A DNA stretch of 63,993 nt, filler included, from Dimargaris cristalligena (GCA_003614675.1; 7 parts of 7 records of this genome joined end to end with filler, not necessarily neighbours in it), one strand, 5' to 3'; counted from the whole stretch's first letter, positions 47,428 to 60,496 are shown. Numbers and translations are program-made. Notes: generated by a model not told the origin, from the letters alone.

Positions 47428-49725
47428 CTATACAAGGTGCTCCATACTTAAACTACGCCGGACAAAGGGGGTGTCTCGGATATTCTCGACCTCCTGCACG
47501 ATTTTAAGGTTGACCCTCCAAAGCTGGCCGAAACTCGCCAGGACTTGGATAATCTCATCAATGAAAACGGTGGCCAGTTTCCGGTCGGCCGGGTCGGCTG
47601 GGCTGGGCTGGATGGTCCCCATGCCGTGGATCCGCTCGTTACACACCACCGCGGCGGGGTACAGGGCCGACGTGAATAGGGAATTATTAATGAACGCCGG
47701 CGGCGTAAAGGATTGAATCATCAATTCCCGGAAACGGAGAATGTAGAGCCAACAACGTTCGTGGCATTCCGTGAGGGTACGACCTGTGGAGTCGCCGGCG
47801 GCCTGATTCAGGGCCAACCCGGGATAGGGATCGTTCGTGTCGCTGGGGGAATGCCCGTCGAAATGGTTGAGGTAGATGATTAACATGGCGCACATAACCC
47901 GTACTTGGATACAGAAGGAGTCGGCCTCCTTCTGGGTGGGCAGGGCTGATGTGTAAGGGGAAATGCGCCAGTATTTCCCGTCTAGTTCGGCGAAGTGATC
48001 GTACCACTGCTCGAGTTCCTTGTTAAGTCCGGGCAGGGCCTGAAGCCAGGCTGTGGGATCTGTTGCTTGGCGCGACCGGAGTTGGGCGACCCGATGGCCG
48101 ATGATGGATATATCGGCTTTTATAATGATAATGTTATTTTTGATGCGGGTGTTGTTGACCATCGTTGGGTACTCTGTGCTGGTATATATATCGGAATCAG
48201 GGTTTGCCAGTTCGGCATCTAAACGGGCTTCGACATCCTGGTCGGGACTGGGTAAATTGACATAACAGTTATCCAGGTCAATCAAGGGTTTATGGCCAAA
48301 GATGAGGGCGGCCATCATGTCCTTATTAAAATGGGCCCACCATACTATCCGGTAGTGTTCGCGTAGGAATTCATTGGCTATGGTAGGTGCATCTATCATG
48401 GTGTCGGTGTCGGTGTTAAAGTGAGTCGGCCGCGGGGGTGGGTTGGGGTGGTCAATTAGATAGGACCGGATACCGTGCTGCTTGCGGATAGAGGCGGCGA
48501 GTAGGGTTTGGTGGAGGGACAGATAGCCCAGGCCTAGGGTCGCCTCGGTCAACATACCCAGAACGACAAACATGTCGGGGCTGGGGTCGGCCAGACAATG
48601 CGGCAGCATAGCAATTAGCCGGGAATGGTACTCTCGGCTGATCATATGGGGCGGGATGTGTTCAAAAGCAGGGTGGTTGGAGAAGGGGGCCACGGCCATC
48701 ATGGCCGCTAGTTGGTAGGCTTCGGGAACGAGTTGGTTATCGAGTCGGTAGAGAATCCGAAGACGGTGCAGGGGGCTGCTGCCTCGGTAGATGAGCGTAC
48801 AAAAATCATCCATCGAATGGCGCACCACGCTGGAATGGTACAGTAAATCGACGGGGGAAAATAATGTACGAAGGCTAGGGGACTTGCCGCCATTGTCCGG
48901 CAATATGTCATACGAGACAATCCTAGTTTTCCCTTTTACTCCTTCGAGTTCTTCTTTTTCTTCTTCAAGTTCTTCGTTTTGGCTTGCTGGTGGTGAAAGG
49001 TGACTCTGGGAAGAGTTACGTCGTGCCTGGGACGCCAGCGAGTTGCGCATTAGCTTGAACATTAACCGGGCGGTCCGCTGGCTGATACTGTCATCCACCG
49101 GATTATTCATGCTAAGTTGTCTGATGCCGGCCAACAGCCAGGTTGGTAACAGGCCCCGCTCAGTTGGGTCGAGCGCAGGCGAGGGCAACACGGATGAGGA
49201 CGACGACATTGCCGTAGACGAGCCATTGTTGTAGAAATCGGCTTCCGGGGACTCCAGGGGTGGGTTTGCAGACATAAAGAGGGGGCCTTCTGGACCGAGC
49301 CTGTCCCTCCTCGTCAAACCCAAGGGAGCGGTCTGAAGTAAGGCTGAATCCCGCCGACTCGGCTGCTGGAATACAGTCCCCACCGCGGTCGGCGCGCCCT
49401 CGAAGCGTGCAGGTTGGGAGGGTGAATCGGTCGTGGGTGAAAGGGAAGACGAGTTGGAGGATGTCGAACCTTCGTCCCAGGCCCCTCCCCCCCTACCTGG
49501 GACCTCGGTCTCGGGCGCACGGGCCAAGGCTTTACGGAGACGAGCGGGCGTAAGTTGGTAGTGGCAGTCCGCGTTCCATTGCTGACAGGTGGTGCAGCGA
49601 GGTAGTACCCGGTCGCAGCGGACCTTGCGTTTGCGACAGCCGAGACAAGAGTAGCGGGCGTGTTCCGAGGCGCCCGGAAGAAGGGGTAGGAGTGCCGTGT
49701 GAGTTGAGGGGTTGTTAGACCTCAT
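47428..49725 (-). CDS. Zn(II)2Cys6 fungal transcription factor
   Basis: CLGCRKRKVRCDRVLPRCTTCQQWNADC; fungal TF middle region REHYRIVWW...D...FGHKP...VNLP. Confidence 0.92.
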   Translation of the reverse strand: MRSNNPSTHTALLPLLPGASEHARYSCLGCRKRKVRCDRVLPRCTTCQQWNADCHYQLTPARLRKALARAPETEVPGRGGGAWDEGSTSSNSSSLSPTTDSPSQPARFEGAPTAVGTVFQQPSRRDSALLQTAPLGLTRRDRLGPEGPLFMSANPPLESPEADFYNNGSSTAMSSSSSVLPSPALDPTERGLLPTWLLAGIRQLSMNNPVDDSISQRTARLMFKLMRNSLASQARRNSSQSHLSPPASQNEELEEEKEELEGVKGKTRIVSYDILPDNGGKSPSLRTLFSPVDLLYHSSVVRHSMDDFCTLIYRGSSPLHRLRILYRLDNQLVPEAYQLAAMMAVAPFSNHPAFEHIPPHMISREYHSRLIAMLPHCLADPSPDMFVVLGMLTEATLGLGYLSLHQTLLAASIRKQHGIRSYLIDHPNPPPRPTHFNTDTDTMIDAPTIANEFLREHYRIVWWAHFNKDMMAALIFGHKPLIDLDNCYVNLPSPDQDVEARLDAELANPDSDIYTSTEYPTMVNNTRIKNNIIIIKADISIIGHRVAQLRSRQATDPTAWLQALPGLNKELEQWYDHFAELDGKYWRISPYTSALPTQKEADSFCIQVRVMCAMLIIYLNHFDGHSPSDTNDPYPGLALNQAAGDSTGRTLTECHERCWLYILRFRELMIQSFTPPAFINNSLFTSALYPAAVVCNERIHGMGTIQPSPADPADRKLATVFIDEIIQVLASFGQLWRVNLKIVQEVENIRDTPFVRRSLSMEHLV

Positions 49726-51181
49726 GGTGTGGCGGATGGGTTAGCCAGGGTGGGCAGACAGACACGTACAACAAATAGAATAAACCCGAACCGGAAGAAA
49801 AGCGCGGGAATAGAAAAGTCTTATGCGGGGAAATGGACAGAACGGTTCAGGGCAAAGGAGGCAGCTGGCCGAGGGCTAGGCATTTCGAGCGCGTATAATA
49901 AAGAAGGGCACAATGAGGAGGAGGAATAATATTATTGTGTATAAGTAAGTATAATGGAGTCATAGGCCCCGAAAACGTGGCAGCAGGGATATGCAAGACA
50001 TTATGGGTTGCTTAAAGGGACTGGCTTAGAGACCATATGGTGGTTGAAATAGTCGAGCGAATAAGGAAAGGTGTATTCCCCTCCTCCTCTTTTTCCACTC
50101 CCGGCCTCTAAAATAACAGTGAGAGAAATGACTGAGGGCCCAGCCTATTGATTATGTCCACAGCACTCCTTTACGGCAAAGAGTGTGTTTGGCATATCTG
50201 ATTCCCTCTCGCGCCAGTCAACTATTATAATATCCACTGAAGAAACTTTAAATAGCCGCAGCACATGTGATCTGCGCCCCAACCGATTCACCAATCCCAA
50301 GAAGGGGGCCTATACTTCAGTTTATGGGGAAAACACCGACAGCTTAATATAGGAAAGCCGGGCTATTTGCAGTTTATTGATGAACCGTTATTCCGCTGGC
50401 AGAGCTATTCAAGCGGCCTTGGCAAAATAACGGATAGGATAAAAGAGTAGCAGAAAGAGCATGGCCGGTTGGGATTATCACGCCAACCTGAAAATACCCC
50501 CAATTCTATAGGCTGTGCCAGGTGAGCATAATGGCCAGGTTGGTGGCACTCCCACAGTATGAGATACACTGAACTGCGGCCCAGTAGCTGGGTGAGACAG
50601 CTCCACTTCCACTTCCACTCCCAAGGAACCGCTATATAGACCATCTAGAAGCTGGCTGCTCCAGATTAACATAGCAGAGTGGGTTTCCTACTATGCTACT
50701 CTTCTGGAAGAAACCAGCCAACTGCCCTTCCGTATTACCGAAAATAGCGGTACCTTGGTCTAGTAGTCCACTCTATTTTTAATTGCAGCTTACCTATAAG
50801 CACACCCCCTCGTTATGCCATCCCGCCTAGTGTCAGAACATTATTGTTGGCCATTCATTGTATGTAGTGTAATATGAAAGAGAAGAACACTGAAGGGTCA
50901 GTGAAATGTATCGATTCGAAACTTTGCTCCTCCGGCTCATTGTTTATCCGCTTCCCTTTTTGGACATTGCTTCGAAATTGCTGCGCAGCTTGCCATGCAT
51001 TATTTGGCTGGCGCACCTTGAATAACCACCACCTTCAACAGCCCTGGGCTTCACAAGCGGTAGCCTGTACCGGAATTCATGTTTTTCAATAGTCCCCATT
51101 CCCATTCCCATTCCTCCAATCACCTCGCCCCTCTTCTCAGTTATACTACACCCGGCTCCTTTATTAGCGGGTGCCTTGTCC

Positions 51182-53449
51182 ATGGGACCTGCTTCCCCTA
51201 GCCCCTGCTTGCCCCGCGGTCCTTTGGAAGGGCCTCCTCCCCCCGAGCGCTTCCGCTATAGCTGCCTCAGCTGCCGTACCCGCAAAGTCCGCTGCGATCG
51301 ACTAGTGCCCCAATGCACGACATGCCAACAATGGAAGCTCGAATGCCAATACCAGCTCACTCCTGCTCGCCTACGAAAGACCCTGGCCCCAATCCCTTAT
51401 AGAGTTGCCCATTTCGTCCCGGTGCGCCCAGCCTTGGCCTACTCGTCGAAGTCTCCTACCGGTCTAAGTGGCCCGCATAGCACGGCCACTTCGCTTGCCC
51501 AACCGAGAGTTGTCTCCTTTGTAACAGCAAGCAAACCCGCGGATCCCAGAGACCGCCCCCCTGAACCAGCGACTTCACCAGATATCCCAGGAGGTATTCC
51601 GGAGCTAGCCAACCTCAGTATAGGCGACCCTTTTACTCAGCCTCTCCAGGACCGCATTCCAGCAGACGACCCCGAATACTATGATGGTATAGATGATTTA
51701 ATTGCAATAACTTTGGCTGCAACACCCATACCACACTTAGAATTAGCGACACCTCTTGTTTGCCCGATTCGGACAATGGTCACAGTCGAGCAGCTTGGCT
51801 CGGTAGCCCTGGAAGGTAATAGTGTGGATCACATTACCTCGAAGTGGCTACTCAATTCAATGAGGAGGCAGCCAGCAACCCCCGTGGATCTATTATACCC
51901 TAACCTACTTTCGAGCACGGTTAATGAAGGAAAGACCGCTCCTTCGCCTAGCAAAACCGCTGGCTATGAGCTTAGCATTGCAAACCTCCGCTCCTTGATT
52001 GTACCCACCGACCTGCTGTACCACTCTAGCGTAGTGCGCTATTCCATTGAAAATTTCTGTTCGTTCATTTACCAAAACTGCAATCCCTTAAATAGCGCCC
52101 GGGTACTATTTCGACTGGACAACCAACTGGTTTCCAAGTCCTTCCAGCTGGCTGCCATGTTGGCTGCAGCCCCCTTTTCCGACCACCCCGCCTTTGAATA
52201 CCTCCCGGCCCACGCGGTGAGGCTGGAATACCACTCTCGACTGCAATCTATGTTACCCCTTTGCTTGGAGGATTCTAGTCCGGATATAATACCCCTCCTG
52301 GGTATACTCTCCGAGGCCAGCTTAGGCATTGGTCGGTTCTCCCTGCACCAAACGCTAATTGCCATTGTGTTGCGCAAACAGCAAGTAGCGCGGATCCATC
52401 TTTTGGACCATCCCCACCTATCCCCACGACCCGCTCACCTTACCCTTGACCCGGATTCGGGAGTGGACGCACCCACCTTACAAAACGAGATTTTACGGGA
52501 GTACTACCGGGTATTATGGTGGACTTTCGTTCACAAGGACATGACTAGCGCCCTGGTCTTTGGCCATAAGCCACTGGTTGATCTAGACAAGTGTTATGTC
52601 AACCTTCCCTGTCCTGACCGTGACATTGAAGCCCGGTTGGATGTCGAGTTCGCCACCCCTCATTCGGACATTTTTACCAGCCAGAGCTACCCAACCCTTA
52701 TCAACACATCCTGCATTAAGAATATGATTATCATTGTCAAGGCCGAGGTGACTATTCTGGGTCATCAAGTGGCCAGGCTTCGAGCTCGCCAAGCAACCGA
52801 CCCTACGACTTGGCTTAGAGCTCTACCCGGACTTAATCGAGAGCTTGACCAGTGGTACGACCGCTTTACCCATTGGTCCGACTTGGACAGAGCTAATCCC
52901 CAGTCCCGCTCGTTTCCTCCCACTTCATCCGAATCTAAAACTACATGTTTCCAGGCCCGGGTGACGTGTGCCATGTTAGCGATTTATCTTAATCATTTTG
53001 ACGGGCATTCACCGGACAACCCCGAGGCCTTCCCCGGGTCGGCGTTGAATAGCGCTCTCCAGGTTTCAGGTGACTCAACGGGCCGTACGCTAGGCGAGTG
53101 TCACGAGCGGTGTTGGCTCTATACGGTCCGACTTCGCGAGGTCTTGGCGCAGTTGGTCACCCCGCCCGCGCTTATCAACACCGGTCTGTTTATTTTGGCC
53201 TTGTATTCGGCCGCCATTGTGTGTATGGAGCACATGCATATCCTAGACTCCGACCGCTCAGCTCCAGTGACGCGGGAAGGCGAACGACAACTGGCTGTAC
53301 GCTTCATCGAAGAAATTATGCAAATCCTGACGGGGTTCAGTGAAGTATGGAAAGTAAACCTTAAAATCGTCGATGAGATCCGCAAGATCCGGGACTCCCC
53401 ATTCGTAAGACGACGCCTAAGTATCGAGCACCTTGTCAAGCCTGAATAG
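51182..53449 (+). CDS. Zn(II)2Cys6 fungal transcription factor, paralog of 47428-49725
   Basis: CLSCRTRKVRCDRLVPQCTTCQQWKLEC; first ATG at 51182; extensive shared blocks with the divergent neighbour. Confidence 0.92.
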   Translation: MGPASPSPCLPRGPLEGPPPPERFRYSCLSCRTRKVRCDRLVPQCTTCQQWKLECQYQLTPARLRKTLAPIPYRVAHFVPVRPALAYSSKSPTGLSGPHSTATSLAQPRVVSFVTASKPADPRDRPPEPATSPDIPGGIPELANLSIGDPFTQPLQDRIPADDPEYYDGIDDLIAITLAATPIPHLELATPLVCPIRTMVTVEQLGSVALEGNSVDHITSKWLLNSMRRQPATPVDLLYPNLLSSTVNEGKTAPSPSKTAGYELSIANLRSLIVPTDLLYHSSVVRYSIENFCSFIYQNCNPLNSARVLFRLDNQLVSKSFQLAAMLAAAPFSDHPAFEYLPAHAVRLEYHSRLQSMLPLCLEDSSPDIIPLLGILSEASLGIGRFSLHQTLIAIVLRKQQVARIHLLDHPHLSPRPAHLTLDPDSGVDAPTLQNEILREYYRVLWWTFVHKDMTSALVFGHKPLVDLDKCYVNLPCPDRDIEARLDVEFATPHSDIFTSQSYPTLINTSCIKNMIIIVKAEVTILGHQVARLRARQATDPTTWLRALPGLNRELDQWYDRFTHWSDLDRANPQSRSFPPTSSESKTTCFQARVTCAMLAIYLNHFDGHSPDNPEAFPGSALNSALQVSGDSTGRTLGECHERCWLYTVRLREVLAQLVTPPALINTGLFILALYSAAIVCMEHMHILDSDRSAPVTREGERQLAVRFIEEIMQILTGFSEVWKVNLKIVDEIRKIRDSPFVRRRLSIEHLVKPE

Positions 53450-55714
53450 AAGTCGTCTAGGCTGGGCCCCTTCCGCCCCTATCCCCCGTCTTTTTCATTT
53501 ATTTATTAAAAAACACACATCATTCCTTTATTAAGATTTCTCTCTGTCTTGCCGCGCTCCTTGAACCTTACGAAGGCATTTGTCTACTCCTCCTGCCTAA
53601 CATTGAACGAATAGACGACTTCCGTCTTCTTCTATAGTTTAATTCCTATATTAATGTTAAAGTCGACTTTTGAATATATAAAAAATGAATATTGCTTGGC
53701 ATGTAGGTGCGCCTAATCCTTTAGGGCACTCAGCTGGTCAGTACGTTCAGTGTTAGCGACCTCCAAATCCTTTCCAATATGATGTATGCCCTTGTTTGGT
53801 AATTCACCATCCACCGTGATACTTAGGAGCCCCAAATCCAAAATGAAGTGTTCATAGTTTGCTTTCTGTGTCCCTATTTTCCCCCAAGTTTAAACATACA
53901 TTTTCATTGATGGCTGGACCAGCCCGATAATGGGGTGTCTATTTTGGTGAACTCCCGGCAATTCTACTATTCATTGGGTATACATATATATACCCGGTGG
54001 TTCCCCCTCCAATTAATACGACAGTTAACTAATCGATAGCCCAACCCCCCACGTCTGGATGATTTATTTATTTTATTGAGTAGGGTATTAGTTGAACTTT
54101 ATTCTATCGGGTAATGAACCAGCACCATTTGCTTCCCCGTTTCCATCGGGTAGGCCAGTCCACACTCATAGTAAAAGACATTAGCTAAATATTGCCCCCA
54201 TATATCTCTCAGGGGTTTTCATTATCCTGTTACGTATTAACGGGGGTAAATGTGCTGTTGTGTATATGGTTTACTGGTATGTGAATTGCTACTACAGGAA
54301 CCTCCCCCAAGATCTGGGTAGTGGCGAGAGCGGCTGGTTTTTCATACAACCAACGGGCGTAAAACCTCCTGTCCTGCTAGTTGTTACACTGGCTCGTCTA
54401 TTGGTTTATTGTCCCGTTACAGCCCAAACACTCTTTTATATTACCCGCCACATTCCTCACACCCGCTATGAAGCAGGTGACAACCAAAGATAATAATAGT
54501 TTCTGACCGTGGTTTGGATATCGAGTTATAGTAAAATGAGGATTTTGTTACATTCTGGCGGATACCGACTTTAGGTCGGGGCATTATTGATAAACAGACC
54601 CGTGGTTCGCCTGACTCGTCTACTAAACCCACAACGATAAATGCCTTTAGCCTACTTCCGAGCATATCTCTCTTATTAGCAGTTTATCGCTTATTATTTG
54701 TGATGGCCGTTAAAGCCTTCAACGATACGTACTTTAATAACTGTCACCTTTCGCTGGCGGTATGTAATACTATTTGTATGAATGTGGCTGGGCGTGTAGT
54801 TATAAACATTTGGTGATTGGGTTATTATGAACAAAAGCTTTATACGATGGGCCAGGCCTGTTTTTAGATTAGTTCCTATCCCCCATATACCCTTCATTTA
54901 CACCCGATTCGACGTAAGATACCATTATCGAGCCTATGACATGCCACACTTCGCCAGATACGTAAAATTACATCCCCGTTTGGCTAATGTAATGGCTATG
55001 GGCTAGATAGTGAAATGCGGGGGCGTAGTGACTATGCCTATTGGTACGGTCATAGCTTAGTAAAAAATATTTCCCTGGACTAAGGGGGGGGGGGCAGATG
55101 CAGTTGGTTTTGATAAAAACCGACGGCTGTTTAGCCTCTTGTCCAACTGGTGGTTACACTAACCATAGTATTGGTCGATTGGCCTATTCCAGGTAGGACC
55201 ACGAAGGTGCGACAAAGGAGTATGAACGAGGTACTTTTAACCGCCGGAAAAGACCAAACACCCCGAATCTGGGCCAACACCTGGCCTTCACACTACTATT
55301 GTCCCACCATGCGGGCGGCAAGCTGTTGCAGGCCTAGTTAACCTATAGAGTAGCAACAGGTAGTTGGGATAGAAAGGCTCGTAGACTTATCCCTGCATCT
55401 TAGTAGGCCCTGTTTCTCGCTCGCCCCAAAAATAATCGTCAGACAGGTTTAAATAATACATTACCACCAGGGTAGTCTCATTTACCACGGCTAAGGCGGT
55501 TGGGAGGTGTGAGGAGAAACAAATCACCGCAGACACGGCAGCTAGTTCTCGAACAATATCCACGAAGCCCCCAGCCATGTATGGGTCAAACTCAATTACA
55601 GTTGGCGGCTCCGGTGGGACAGCACCCCCCCCCCCCTACCCATAATTCTATGATTGGAAAGGGAGGCCCAATAAGTTTGGGCCGAGAGAAGAGGCTACAG
55701 ATAGCAGAGGGGGG

Positions 55715-56203
55715 TGTCGCCTGAGTTAACCACTCTTAGTCTGTCAAGAGTCTCGGGGATAGGCTTCTAACGGTAGGCAGGGCATTGGCATGGCCAAGCG
55801 GGCTACTAGCATTAGGTAAGGCTGTACTAACCTAATAAAGCAAGTGTCAAATGCATATGTGGGGGATGTGTACTGATGCACACTTACTAGTCAGTATGGG
55901 GGGTGAGTATATATAGGGTTTATTGGGGGTAAACTAAGGGGTCAGAATAAGCTAAGGTACTAACTGGTCCCTATGGGGGGCCCGGTTATATATATGCAGG
56001 GGACTACTCTAAGGGAGGTCCCGAGGGGAAACTACATAACTAAGATAATGATAGGGGGGGCTGGGTGGTCCTTGTATGAGCAGAGGCTTCCATGGGAACT
56101 GGAAGATACTAAGATCACCTAGGAGTAAGTAGTGTGAACTCTGGGGGGTCCGGCCAGTGGGAGGGTATATATGATATCCAGCTCCATTAGGACTGGTGTG
56201 GCA
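55715..56203 (+). mobile_element. LTR family A-related solo LTR retaining more CpG
   Basis: TGTCGCCTGAGTTAACCACTCTTAGTCTGTCAAGAG...; aligns with 19699-~20150; right end (GTGTGGCA) uncertain. Confidence 0.75.
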
Positions 56204-56304
56204 AGGTGTACTGTCCCCCTATAAGCCACACTAATTATATTACTATTATTATTATTATGCAGGGTATGGAGTGGCTTTTTTTTCTGGTATAACCAGTTTT
56301 TTTT

Positions 56305-56404
56305 NNNNNNNNNNNNNNNNNNNNNNNNNNNNNNNNNNNNNNNNNNNNTTAATTAATTAANNNNNNNNNNNNNNNNNNNNNNNNNNNNNNNNNNNNNNNN
56401 NNNN
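56305..56404. other. Artificial contig spacer
   Basis: N/TTAATTAATTAA/N, 100 nt. Confidence 0.99.
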
Positions 56405-58054
56405 AAAAATAGTTTGGCCGGGATATGCTATTAGGGATTAAGCAGGCCCGGCCACAACACCATAGAATATTGAAAAAAATTTGATACATAGTTAGTCTTA
56501 CAGGATTAATTGAAGGTACGCAATTAAAGGAACTGTGCTTCACATTAATAGGTCTATCACAACTAGTAGTGTAATTGGTTAATTAATTTACCTTTAACTA
56601 CCTGCGCTCTGCAGCACTACATCGCCACCGTCTAATTGGGGTATAAAACCCAATCATAAAAAACTGCTACTACATTTTTAAATAGTGGAGTGTTTTGGCC
56701 CTGCTCAACATTTTGTAAATAGCTGTCCAACTAAATCTGTATTTGATAGCAATGCGTAAATGACAGAATATACGAATATTGGAGTGTATACATTTTAATA
56801 CTTGGTTTCGATATATATATATATATGGTATATATATGGTATATTTTTACTCTGACGAGTTGAACGTGGTCCAGGAGCCTCCTTTAGCCGAAGTAAATAT
56901 TGGGTGGTTAAAGAGGAAGCGGGAAAGAGGGGAGACATGCGAGACCAAGTCCAAATCGATGCCTTTAAATGGCAATAGGGAGGGGAAGGCATGGATATAT
57001 ACCCCTTATTCGGCCATTGTCCCTCTCATCATTGGAGTACTCAAGTGTTCTTGTCCTACCTATTCTATTGGGAAAGCGCGTGGTCTCAGGAGTACAACAA
57101 AAGCATCAAAGTTTTTGATTTGACAGTACCCCTTCGACATCGGCAGTACTTTATTATTGCCTAGTAAATGTCTAAAGCAGATGTGGGGTTTTTTACCACC
57201 ATAGCCCTCTATTTACTACGCCCAACTTGGGAACAATGGGCTTTATAATAATTTCTTTTTATAGAGTAGTATAGGAGGTTTATTGGTTCCCGATCACTGT
57301 ACCGATAGGCGATATAGGGCACTGTGTCCTTTAGATCGGCTGCTATAGCGAATATTGGACGCGTCCTCGTCATTTTGCTATGGACTGGCCGCCTCACCCA
57401 CCCCAGGCCCACCTTTTGTGTGGAACCAGACCTCGGCGTACTTCTCATTGATTGGGGTGCGTCGCAGATATTTCCCCCCCTGTACCGCCCCTTATCGCAC
57501 TCTCCAACGCCGCCCCGCGACACTTCCTCCCCCAACACACCAGGCCACTTGTTGCCACCCACCCCATGCTTCTATTTCTTTGCTTTTTCTTCTTCTCCTG
57601 GCTCGATCCTTTGACGTTCCCAAGGGGAGACTATGGGCCCTATTGGGATGAAGTCGTGTGGTCCCTTCTCCCCGAAATAAATGTCCTTCTGTAGATTGTT
57701 TTTGTCTATAAAGTTTACTCTATAGTAGACATTAGGGTTAATGTAACCACGACGGAGGGAGCTGTCTTAGGGTGTTAAATAGGCCCCAGGCTGGCCTGGG
57801 TCATCGCCACAGACCGGATAGGGGATGGGTGCGTGTGATAAGGAATGCAAAAACAACAAGGCACCCCCCTCCCCAATAATTGGCATCGGCTGTTGCCGCT
57901 TCCCTTTGTTACGCAGCTGCGAGTACAGAGCCGTGAGCACAGCATTTCCCTCTTTTAAATTTAAAATTGTGGCTATTTTATCATGCCTCAATGAATTAAT
58001 TTGATTACTTTTTTTTAAAAAAAATCGGATAATGGATATTCCATCGCCCAGATA

Positions 58055-58133
58055 TTGGAGAAGTTCAACTAGACTGTATTACGAAAAATCCGTCTGACGA
58101 GGCCAATGTTACTGGTTAAAAATGAGTCTCCCA
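58055..58133. mobile_element. MITE family M, short form
   Basis: TTGGAGAAGTTCAACTAGACTGTATTACGAAAAATCC...TTACTGGTTAAAAATGAGTCTCCCA|TA. Confidence 0.8.
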
Positions 58134-58288
58134 TATATATATTTATGGCCAATCCCGGCAATTACTTTGCTCTTTATTATTTTCTTGAAAGTGTTTTAGT
58201 ATGAGTAGTTTCTTACCGTACGCCGTGTCTTAAAGGGTACTCATATCCCCATATCTATAGCCTTCACTTTTCCATTTTTTTTATACCC

Positions 58289-60125
58289 ATGAGGTTTCCA
58301 GTCTTCATTTTCAGCCTAATAGTCCTTTCCGCCGTGGGTGCAGAGAATACCGATGCACGAAGCGAGACATGTTCGGACATTGGTGGTGTGCAGAATATTC
58401 GCCCTCCGCAGGGGCCCGTAAATTATTTCACCCCAATGCCCCCCAACAGACCACCGACCCCGCTAGGATATGTGAGCCCCTACGATCCACAACATGTACG
58501 TCCATATTGCCACCTTTCTTTCCCACCCACCCCCATTTAAATGGAGCAATCTATATCACTAATGGTGACCCTGGCAATTGATGCCCTTCAAGCCATATAC
58601 CTTTAGTATTAGAAGGTCTTGTACTATTGCCCTAATTCCACCACGACTACTTGGTTATAATTAGCACTAATTACTTGATTCTCTTTGATACCTCTAACTG
58701 CTTTTTACCTATGACCACCCTCCTGCATCACACCCGACCTAATGCTCGCCCCCCTAGATAATAGACGACTGGGAATACCACTCCAGTCGCATGGGAAGTA
58801 TATTAGTAAGCCAGGCGACCTGTGACCGATACCTCCCCTTGTGGTTCGCTGTCGCTCCCGCGGAAAGCTGGGATATCTACTTACACCATCTGAGCAAGGA
58901 GATCGAGGCATTCGAAGACATTCTCTACCGGGTTTATGAGGAGGGCGACGAATTCGACGCCACTAGTGAAGACCGTTCTCAACTGTCGAAGTACAACACT
59001 TTCATGAAAACCAATTTTGGCCATATCTTGTTGATCAAGAATGAGCGCCAGGATGCTCGACTTAGTTCGCTGACTTGGGAAACTTTCGAAACCGAATTCC
59101 CCTTGGCCAGCCAGGCGACGGGGACCATGTTGGCTGACTTAATTCAGTGGCTCTCTTCCGTCGATAAAAAAATGAGATTGCCGGAGTTGAAATTGGGACG
59201 CCCGGCCGTCGGCGATGAACTAGTAACTGATATATTGGGTAGTTTTAACATGGTCCATAGTTTCTTCGAAGAAATATTCGACCAAATTATCACCATTGGT
59301 CTCTGGCAACATTACCTGAAGTCATCAACATTGTCGTCATCAGCATCGCCACTGTCGCCGAAAATGATATTATCTGCCACATTATTTGCATTTCCCTTAC
59401 CGCCGAGCAGTGAAGGTCGGTCCGATACGGACGACTCCAACTGGGCCGAAATCATCAAATATTTCCGGATTGCCAGCGAATATGCGGTACGTGCCCCCCG
59501 TGGCTCTAAACGCCGGGTGTACCGGGTTCTCGAACTAGTTACCAAACACGCTGGGTTTGTCGCTATCCTCGCCGTTATGAATCAACGGGTAGACCATTTG
59601 GTCGCCGTCCTACCCTACATGTACTATGAGCAGCGTTGGCTAGCTCCCCAGGACCCGCAGTTCCAAGTCTATTTCCTCCGGTTCCTAAATGGTCTGGATA
59701 ATAGCCATTTGGAAGAGTCCGCGCTGTTCTTGCGAACCCAATGGTCGACTTTGTTCCCGGGGGCATCGCTCGCGGCGAGCCCCCATCGAGAGTTGCCCAC
59801 TATCTTCACCCCATGGAAACCAATACCCTACTTAAATAACGATTACCAATGGCTGGATACCAGGGGACATCTCTTCGTGACTGTTCCCCAAGTGGTACTA
59901 AAAAATCCGGAGATTTTCCCCAAGGACACTTGGAAATTAACACCAAGGACTTGGCTTATGATGTATTACAATTTCGTAAGATCTTCCGAATTTTACCGCA
60001 ACTGGATCCGGCTATTGGAAAACCGAGAGGAAGAAAAAAAGACGAGGCCGCGGTTCAAAATCTTAAAACGACTAAATAAAAGTCTTAAGAGGACCGCCCT
60101 ACTGGGCCGTAAAGGACGGGAATAG
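58289..60125 (+). CDS. Secreted orphan protein, 2 exons: 58289-58495, 58758-60125
   Basis: Signal peptide MRFPVFIFSLIVLSAVGA; phase-0 intron GTACGT(58496)...TAG(58757) joins in frame to the 444-aa ORF; very basic C-terminus. Confidence 0.75.
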
Positions 60126-60496
60126 CGGATTGGCACTACTCTACCCATACGGATTATTTAAAAGTGAGGGGTTTCAAGGATAGCTAGTATCTTTTGGACA
60201 GGAAGTTGAATGACATTCGCGATATCATGATTTCCAATAAAATTTCAAACCTATTTGGTCAGACGAGGAATTTAATATTATTACTGGTTGATTAGATAGT
60301 TTTTATTACATGTACATAATTAAACTGGACTACAATCAACACAACTATATAAAATAATGGACGAAATGTACAAGAGATGATGTATAATACACTTCTAATA
60401 AAATAAAACTAAGCTTTCTCTATAAAGGTTTCATTATACACATGAGTGAAATTTGGCCCGGTTATGTAAGGTTTTCAAGTATATATATATATTGAA

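Noticed and set aside
9317-56404. Six regularly spaced TTAATTAATTAA motifs within N runs
   Set aside because: Artificial all-frame-stop contig linkers; the ~9.4 kb spacing reflects length-sorted contigs, not biology
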